From the human T2T-CHM13v2.0 reference genome, Homo sapiens, in NCBI RefSeq assembly GCF_009914755.1, contig NC_060928.1: DNA of 64,000 nt; one strand, 5' to 3'. The position numbers and the translations under genes are program-made. The notes under the pieces are model-generated. The model was given only the letters and a program-made list of their open reading frames with translations. It had not been told where the DNA came from and ran no database searches. Below are positions 54,770 to 64,000 of the stretch, piece after piece (the first letter of the stretch is position 1; every line of letters starts with the position of its first letter).

Positions 54770-55110
54770 ATTTAGAAAGAACTTTGTGCTAAACATTGCT
54801 TAGTCCTAGGATTGCAAAGGTGACTTTGATTCCAGTGAGGGAGACAGACCTTTATTTGTCTACCAGAAAATAGTTGTATTATGCAGAAGTTACTTTAGCA
54901 GCCAAAATCATAGAATTTATCTCTCCCAGGGTATGAACAGAAGTTTAGGAAAGGATTGTTAAAGGAGGTGCCATGAGTTGAATCTTGAAGGATGATCAGG
55001 AGTTTGCCAAGCAAATAAAGAGAAAACTGAATTGTAGACAGAGGACATGGGGTGTGCAAAGGCTGGAGAGAGCAAACTACATTGAGGGATCTGAAGATGG
55101 TGAGTGTAGT
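54770..55110 (-). mobile_element. L2 fragment
   Basis: 'ggaggtgccatgagttgaatcttgaaggatgatcaggagtttgcc...gtgcaaaggctggagag'. Confidence 0.7.
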
Positions 55111-56849
55111 ATGTGAAGGTTGGATTAAGCCTTAATTTTTGGTCATGTGTGTCAAGTTTCTCTTGTAAAAAAATTATTTTCTGAAATGCTGGGAGTGGTT
55201 ATGGTAGGAGTAGTGGGGGCAGGGAAGAGGTGAATGATAGAAGTAGGACAAAGCTAAAGAATAATTTAACTCAATTTTCTAAAAGAAAAGTTTCTGGACA
55301 GTACATTGTCTGTAGTGGCTGTTAGAAAGGGCAAGGCTAGATAGCCCCACAGTCCAATAATACAGACAGAACTTGTACTGGGAATGAATTGCTTAACTCT
55401 GACACTTGCATGAAATAGTCTCTCCTATGACATTCCTTATACCTCAGCTTCTACCTATGTCAGTTCCTGCATTTGGATGCAAGCCTCCCGTTACACTTGT
55501 GCTTATCCTCTGGCCAGCATCTCCTAAATTGTCTAAAATGAAAGCAATTGATAGACAAAGCCATCCAAGTCAAGGGACACCTAGAACTCTAGATGACCTT
55601 TGTGTGCTTGGTGGTAAGTAGAGCAATCTGTCTTTTTTCCCCCCAGGTTACCAATGGAACATTGACACAGAGGTGACATTAAATCTAGAAAGATTTCTTA
55701 GGAAAAGACTTAAAACAGAATAAAAAATTTGAAAACACAAGTCAACCATTGAATGTAACTTTTGTCCTGCCAAGTCTTTGGCAAAAATAGTAAGATGGGT
55801 TATAAAGCAGAAAATAACTCCATCATGTCCACTATGGCTATCCACTCCAAGTTTCTAAAACAAAATTATCTGAAAATAATGGTAAAATAATTTCTTTCTA
55901 AATAAAATAAATAAAAAAAAGATAATATGACAGTTTTTTATGGCAACAGAACATACAGGTATAATGAGTTTATTGACTCATTTGTGATATATCATTTGCC
56001 TAAATCGTTCTTTTGCATGTACACAAAATATTTAAAATTTTCCTAGAGAAAGTAAACCTTCAATTTAAAAACATCATCATTGGGATTTGAAAATAAAATC
56101 ATAAGGTTTTTCCCATGTTCAGAAAGGACTGGGGATACTTAAAGAGCTAATCATTGTTCCCAAAGGTGACATTCATCAAATCCAGATGAGCAAAACTGAC
56201 TTTACCATTTTATCTCCAACTAACACATGTGTGGAAACTTGGAACGCCAAGTGGCAGTTGTAGATACATGGAGAATTGGGTTGGAAAGGATTATAAGGGT
56301 GTATCTGGGCCTGGAAGTGATTGCCATGGACTGGGGGGAAGGGCTACAGTCACACATTTACCATCCTTAAGCTAAATTTTTACCTCTCTGAGCTATCTTT
56401 TGTTTCCCTTGTCCACTTGTCTCCCAATTAATTCATTTTTTAGTTTCTTTCTCTTTCTGAGTTTTGCTGCTCACGAAACAGTACATCAGCACTGCTCAAT
56501 GTGTAACTGCTTAAATAAAGTGAAAGCTCTTGAGGGCACAAACTGCTTAGGACATTTTAGGTTTTATTACAGTGCATGCCATGCCATTTAGTGGCAATAA
56601 AAGAAAAATTTACTCTCTGCAAAACTCAGCCGTCCAACTCCGGAATACCATAGTAAGAATGTTGCCATAGTATAACAATTACAAGTCGGGTATAGACCAA
56701 AATGTAGGTGCCAATAGCTTATGATATAGAAATAAAGCTAGCAAGTATCTGCACTAAAAGGAAAAAAAAAAAGATTTAAATGCAGGGAATATTGTGATAA
56801 GCATTAAAAAATGAAGTAAAGGGACTGATGATTGTTAAATACCTTCAGG

Positions 56850-57600
<751 letters not shown>

Positions 57601-58642
57601 AACACTCATATCCAATGTGCCACTTCATCCTGCCAACCACAGAAATAAAAATTTTATAAAGATTCCATTATATTATCCTTAAGAAAATAGTAAAACACCA
57701 AGTCTTTATGAGATTTTTTCTTATTAATCATAATTCTATAACTAATCAGATATAAAACAAGTGGAGGAAACTCTCTTCAAGTTTTAAAAAATAATAGGCT
57801 TTTATCCCCTGGAGACCAAACCCTAAGTGGTTCTCTGGAACTGAGTCAAAGGGCCAGCTGAGCAGACGATGAGGGAAGAGGAGAGGAGGCACAGGAAAGA
57901 CCTTAATGACTCTATGATTTCACCTTTCAGATAGGGAATGGAACATGGTTACAGACATTTTTTACTCAGCCTTTCAAACAAAAGTAAACTCCAGGCAACT
58001 AGAATCTGAAAATATGTGAAAACAACAAACAGAACAAACTAGAAGTAAGCAAGCCAAGAGTGATAGTATTAGAGAAAGAAGGATTATTTAGGTAAATTGA
58101 ATATGTTCCCATTCATGTAATGGTATTTTGATGCATAATTTTCTGATTCAGAAGTGTTTACCCAAAAGCTGCAATATAAAGGAAAGTGTACTATTGTTTT
58201 AGCAGCACATGGGCGCAAGTCTCTATGGAGTTAAAGTCTTTCTTGTTGTGCCTGGGTCTTCAGGAATCCCAATACAAGAACACTTTAACATCCACAAACT
58301 ATTATTTATTGACTGTAATCTGTACATAAACAATCAATAACTGAGAACTACATAACAACCAGTAGTCGACTCTGAATTGCTGAATATTGCAACTCCAGAT
58401 TTTGTTAAACATATGTTGTGAGAATAGAAATCAAGATTAGGTGTTTCAGTGCTGAAGAACTGTTCCTAAGAGCAGAAACAGCAACACCATCCAGTAAAAA
58501 AAAATTTATAACAGCTACCAGCATTTCACTCTCTATCAGGATTCAGAAGTGGCCATATCAGTTACCAAACAACAATTACTAAAAAAACAAGAATTCTCCC
58601 CAGTCAGTATCACTGAACATAATCAATTGTTCTTCTCCTGTA

Positions 58643-59748
58643 TTTTTTTCTCTTGACTGTTATTTTAGGTTCAGGGGGCACATGTGCAAGTTTGTTACAC
58701 AGGTAAATTGCGTGTCATTGAGGTTTGATGTATGAATGATCCCATCACCCAGGTAGTGAGCATAGTACCCAATAGGTTGGTTTTTAACCCATGTCTTCCT
58801 TCTCACCCATCCCCTCAAGGAGTCCCTAGTGCCTTTTTTCCCATCTTCATGTCTATGTGTATTCAGTGTTTAGCTCCTGCTTATAAGTGAGAACATGTGA
58901 TATTTGGTTTCCTGCTCCTGCCTTAATTTGCTTAGGATAATGGCCTCCAGCTGCATCCATGTTGCTTCAAAGATGTGATTTCATTCTTTTTTATGGCTGC
59001 ACAGTGTTCCATGGTACCACATTGTCTTTATCCAGTTCACCATTGATGGGCATCTAGTTGATTCCATGTCTTTGCTATTGTGAATAGTACTGTAATGAAC
59101 ATACAAGTTCATGTGTCTTTATGGTAGAACAATTCATATTCCTTGCATATATACCCAGTAATGGTATTGCTGAGTCAAATGGTATTTCTGTTTTAGATTC
59201 TTTGAGGAATCTCTACAGTGCTTTTTCATAGTGGCTGAACTAATTTACATTCCTACCAGCAGTGTATAATAAGTGTTCCCATTTCACCACAACCTCATCA
59301 ACATCTGTTGTTTTTTTACTTTATAATAATAGCCGTTCTGACTGGTGTTAGATGATATCTCATTGTGGTTTTGATTTGAATTTCTCTACTGATTAGTGAT
59401 GATGAGAATTTTTTCATATATTTGTTGGCCACATGTATGTCTTCTTTTGAGAAGTGCCCATTTTTTAATGGAATTATTTGTTTTCTGTTCATCAAACTGT
59501 TTACGTTCTTTATAGATTCTGGATATTAGACCTTTGTTGGAGTCACAGTTTGTATTTTCTCCCATTCTCTAGGTTATCTGCTTACTCTGTCGATAGTTTC
59601 TTTGACCATGCAGAAGCTCTTTAGTATAATTAGGTCCCACTTGTCAATTTTTGTTTTTGTTTCAATTGCTTTTTGGGACCCAGTGAAAATTCTTTACCAA
59701 GGCCAATGTCCAAAATGGCATTTCCTAGGTTATCTTCAGGATTTTTTA
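58643..59748 (-). mobile_element. 5'-truncated L1PA15/16-like element
   Basis: 'ttttaggttcagggggcacatgtgcaagtttgttacacaggtaaattgcgtgtc...catagtacccaatagg' followed by ORF2-end sequence. Confidence 0.9.
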
Positions 59749-60039
59749 ATGAAGATGTTACTGAGTCCAATACATTGACTCTCATTCAAATACAGTATTG
59801 TTTTTAGGTTGTGTGGACTTGATCTAAACAGAGTTGCTGGAACAAAAGTCATTTACTCTTGCCTTTCTGCTTCTCACACTTGGTCTAAAGCATTTCATAA
59901 AGGTATGTAAGGTATCATAGCTGCTAGTCCCACTCTTCACTCCCTGTAAGGCAGATTTTGTTTCTCATTTATACCCATAATTTGCCTAGGACTGTCACAT
60001 GGTATTAGCAACATGGGAGGTAGCGCAGTGATAACTAAT

Positions 60040-60270
60040 TGCTGATATTTAGATGATTCTTATGGGCTGGAAGCAATTTCAAGTTCTTTTTCTATTCGTT
60101 TAATCATTACATAAACATACGAGGTAGGCTATTTATGTTATTCTCATTTTACAGACAAATAAACACAGAGAAGTCGGCATTATGGTCAGGGACACAAAGC
60201 TCATAAATAAACACACCTCAATGTCAACACAACCATTCTGACTCCAAAAGTAATCTCTTAACTGCTATGC
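60040..60270 (-). mobile_element. MIR SINE
   Basis: 'gaggtaggctattt...ctcattttacagacaaataaac' and 'tctgactccaaaagtaatctcttaact'. Confidence 0.65.
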
Positions 60271-61118
60271 TGTGATGATATTTGGCGACATCTCTCATAT
60301 AAAAATAGTCAGGACACGTGTATTAGCATGGAAAAGAAAAATAATGTGGTGATTTTACAAACATAGGGAATTATTATAGGGAAATATGTGGATACCAAAA
60401 TCCTCCAGGAAGCAAGATGGCTCTGGACTGAATGGCATTCTCTCTTTCTCAATCTCTCTCTCTTTCTTTCTCTGGGCCCACCAATGCCACTAAATGTAGA
60501 GAAATCCTTACTAAAAAGCTAATGACATTTAAACTACAGTGCCTCTCAATTACACGAGCTCTTGCAAAACTAGGGAGGGGCACCAGCAGTGTGTTCCCAT
60601 CATCATATATTTTTCACAGATTTGCAAAAGGTATTTTCATATTCTTAAGAGGGCTCTAAAGTTAATCTACTTCAGATCTCACAAAACCTCAACCTATCCC
60701 TGACCTGTGGACCCTTCACTGAGGTCTTTACTTCAGGCTGCACTTCTGCCCTGGTTCCCTCTGGCTAGTGGTCAGGTTCCTCTGCCCTCTCATTTGTCCT
60801 ATTACGGCTGCACTGGCCAGCACCCCACTAACTTTCAGACTCTCTTCATGTCTCTTAGCTCAGATTCCTGAGTGCCGGAAAACAATGATTTAGACAACAC
60901 TACACTGTTCCTGCCTCTGGAAATGCCAAGGATATAGTCTCTTTTTAATAGAACAATTTCATCCTTTCATTTTTCACTGCTGACATCATTAAGAACTGAA
61001 AAGCAAGATATTTAATTCCTGTCTCAGCTTCCACGAAACTCTGGAAGATGTTTAAAGGCCTAGATTATGAGCACAGAAAAACAATGGTGAATTCCCACAT
61101 TTACATTTTTTTGATATC

Positions 61119-61169
61119 AAAGTATTCTATTTTTAAAATAATCTAAAGTATTCTATTTTTAAAATAATC
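61119..61169. repeat. Tandem duplication, 26-bp period
   Basis: aaagtattctatttttaaaataatc(t) x2. Confidence 0.9.
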
Positions 61170-61279
61170 CAGCACAGTCTTTTGGCTTCAATGCTCTGGT
61201 GTGCCTCTTGGATTTGACAATAAGAACACAGGTATGTTTGTGGACATGTGGAATTGTTGATTATTAAAAAATATATTAT

Positions 61280-61500
61280 TCATTCATTCATGTCCTTATT
61301 AACAAATACTTTTTAATCTTTTTTAAGTGCCATACACTAGTCTAAGTATAGGGTATAGCAGTCAACAAAACAGAGAAATTCCCTGGCCTCATGAAGCCTA
61401 CATTCTGTCTGGTAAAGACAGAAGATAACAAGATACATAAGTAAAAGACATAGTATTCTAGACTGTAATAATTTCTAACAAAACAAAATAAAACAGAGAA
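61280..61500 (-). mobile_element. L2 3' end fragment
   Basis: 'ttcattcattcat...' and 'gcagtcaacaaaacagagaaattccctggcctcatgaagcctacattct'. Confidence 0.7.
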
Positions 61501-61528
61501 ATGGATAAAGAGTGTGTAGGTTGATTTT

Positions 61529-62228
61529 GATACCATTTTACCCCAGCTATAATGGCCATTACTAAAAAGTCAAAAAACAATAGATGTTGGTGTGGGATGT
61601 GGTGAAAACGGAGCGCTTATACACTGCTGGTGGGGTTGTAAATTAGTTCAACCTCTATGGAAAACAGTATGGAGATTTTTCAAAGAATTAAAAGTAGGCC
61701 TACCTTTCAATCCAACAATCCCAGTACTGGGTATATACCCAAAGGAAAAGTGGCCACTATATCAAATTGCATGCACATGTTTATCCCAGCAAAATTCACA
61801 ACTGCAAAGTTATGTAATCAACCTAAGTACCCATCAACTGATGAGTGAATAAAGAAAACATGGTATATACATATCATGGAACACTATTCAGCCATTAAAG
61901 AAGGAACAAAATAATGTCTTATGCAGCAACTTGGATGGAATTGGAGGCCATTATCTTAAGTGAGTAACTCAGGAATGGAAAACTAAATACCACATGTTCT
62001 TGCTTATAGCAGGACCTAAGCTTTGTGTACAGAAAGCACAGAGAGTGGTATATGAACATTGGAAATTTGAAAACAAGGAGGATGGGATGGGGGTCAGGAT
62101 GGAAAATTACTTATTGGATATAATGTACTCTACTCGAGTGACAGTTGCACTAAAAGCCCAAACTTCACCACTATACAATTCACCCATGTAACCAAAAACC
62201 ACTCGTACTCCTAAAGCTATTGAAATAA
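61529..62228 (+). mobile_element. 5'-truncated L1PB (L1PB2-4-like) 3' end
   Basis: 'aaaaagtcaaaaaacaatagatgttgg' and terminus 'cttcaccactatacaattcacccatgtaaccaaaaaccactcgtactcctaaagctattgaaataa'. Confidence 0.9.
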
Positions 62229-63514
62229 TTTTTAATAGGAGAATGTTTTCTTCTAAACACTTACTAATTACATGAATTTATAGTATAACATTTATTTTTA
62301 AATCCCCTAACAAGACGATAATGTATTCTTTCTTTCTCTATGATATATAGTATGGAAAGCTTCAAAGTACCATGGAGACCAAAGATGAAAAATAACTCTA
62401 AGGTATCATGCAAAATAAGTCTAAGGTATCAACTTAAAGTTTCTAAGAAGAAAGTAATATGCTCCATACTACTAGGGTGTGCATGTCTTTGATAGCTAAA
62501 ACTATATTCTGAGTGTCATTCTATATGCACTGCAAACATCTGAAGAAACCCACCCTAAATGTAGCTGGATTGTTTTAACACAAGTGTTGTAGAAGGATAT
62601 TGACTGGAACTTTTCCATTTTGTCCTTGAATTGCAGCCAAGTCCTAGTACTGAAAATATACAGGTGCTATATACATTTTCTAAACACAACCACCAAAAAG
62701 GGGACTAGGGAACTCCCCTCAGGGTTTTCTAAGTGGTAGCAAATTGCTGAGTATGATCACCCAACATCTGAGCTCTCCACACTCAAGTCTATAAAACCAG
62801 AGGGCTGGAAAAGAGAGAAAAAGTGTGTTGGGATCCACAGAGGCCTGCAAATTCTGTTGCATGGTGAGAAACAATTCTCTTCCTTCCCTGCGAGTTATCT
62901 TCTCCTCCCTAAAGCCAAAACTGTAAAGACCGTGAGTGATCCATTAGAGTAAAACTGTCATCTCATTCCTCTGTTGGCTATCTGCAAAGGCACTAAGCAC
63001 TCACTGATCTGTCCCTGAATCTACCCCAGGAAAAGAGAGTTGCAGAGCAAGGCAACATCAGAGCAGCGTGCAACACCACCATCTCAATTCTGAAAAAAGT
63101 AACCCATCATAAGAAGTCTTGCTGGTTCTTAGCCCAAGATGTCTCCCTATACAGGGAGGAGACCTCAACAGAAAGAGGCTGTAGGGTGGACCATTGACAC
63201 CAGGAATTAAGACAGGATGGAAGAGGTTGACTAAAATTGGATTCCCCAGGAACTGTGCATAGGAAAATATCTGCAGGATCCTCCAAAAGCCCACACCTAT
63301 TCCCATGAGTGAGCCAGCCTTTGAATCCTTGCCCCACCAAGGGCACTGAAGCTTGGACAGTGTTAATCATAGGAATATTGACAACCAACCAGGAGAGGTG
63401 TGCAAGCTGCAGAAGCTGAATAACAAGATACTTTGCCTGCTTCCTCTCTCTTCCTCCCACTCCAGCACAATACAGGAAGCCTAAAAGGAGCAGAAGTACA
63501 GAAGTTTGCTTTAA

Positions 63515-64000
63515 AAAAATTAATTTTAATTTTTGTGGGTACGTAGTAGGTGTATAAATTTATGAGGTACATGAGATATTTTGATACAGGCATGTAATGC
63601 ATAATAATCACATCATGTAAAATGGGGTATCCATCCCCTTAAGTATTTTTCTTTTGTTTTACGAGCAATCCAATTATTGTCTTTGAGGTATTTTAAATTA
63701 TACAATTAAATTATTATTGACTATAGTCACTTTGTTGTGCTATCAAATATTGGGTCTTTTTCATTCATTAACTATTTTACTATACCCAACAACCACCCCC
63801 TACCTCCCCGCCACTCTCCCACTACCTTTCCCAGCCTCTGGTAACCATCCTTTTGCTATGTCCATGAGTTCAATTGTTTCAATTTTTAGATCCTACAAAT
63901 AAGTGAGAACCTGTGATGTTTGTGTTTCAGTGTCTGGCTTATTTCATTTGGCATAAGGACCTCCAGTTCCATCCATATTGTTGCAAATGACAGGATCTCA
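63515..64000 (-). mobile_element. L1MA2-like 3' end, runs off the window
   Basis: 'tttttgtgggtacgtagtaggtgtata...cataataatcacatcatgtaaaatggggtatccatcccc'. Confidence 0.88.

Overview
This is AT-rich, CpG-depleted primate genomic DNA, most likely human or another ape, judged from AluY and L1PA2/3-type inserts. It looks intergenic or deep-intronic. I find no protein-coding gene, RNA gene, CpG island or prokaryotic-type system. More than half of the window is transposon debris. Two near-full-length ancient L1MA elements face each other (about 19.6-27.2 kb on +, about 30.9-38.2 kb on -), and both carry younger nested Alu and L1PA inserts. There is also a complete two-LTR MST MaLR provirus (42.3-44.7 kb), many solo LTRs (THE1B, MLT1, MLT2A, MST, LTR16, LTR33-like, LTR37-like), eight Alus, L2/MIR fragments and two hAT MITEs. 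The ORF track consists of L1 ORF1/ORF2 remnants, Alu/LTR read-throughs and chance ORFs. I see no new biological system. The most notable items are retrotransposition footprints (a twin-primed L1 with an apparent 3' transduction, a second apparent transduction, a 59-bp Alu with a perfect 18-bp TSD), a young 132-bp tandem duplication, a mosaic mini-repeat that creates clustered STAT6/TEAD-type motifs, and DUX4-type motifs in MaLR LTRs. Subfamily names come from recalled consensus sequences and need RepeatMasker/Dfam confirmation. Boundaries of old elements are approximate.
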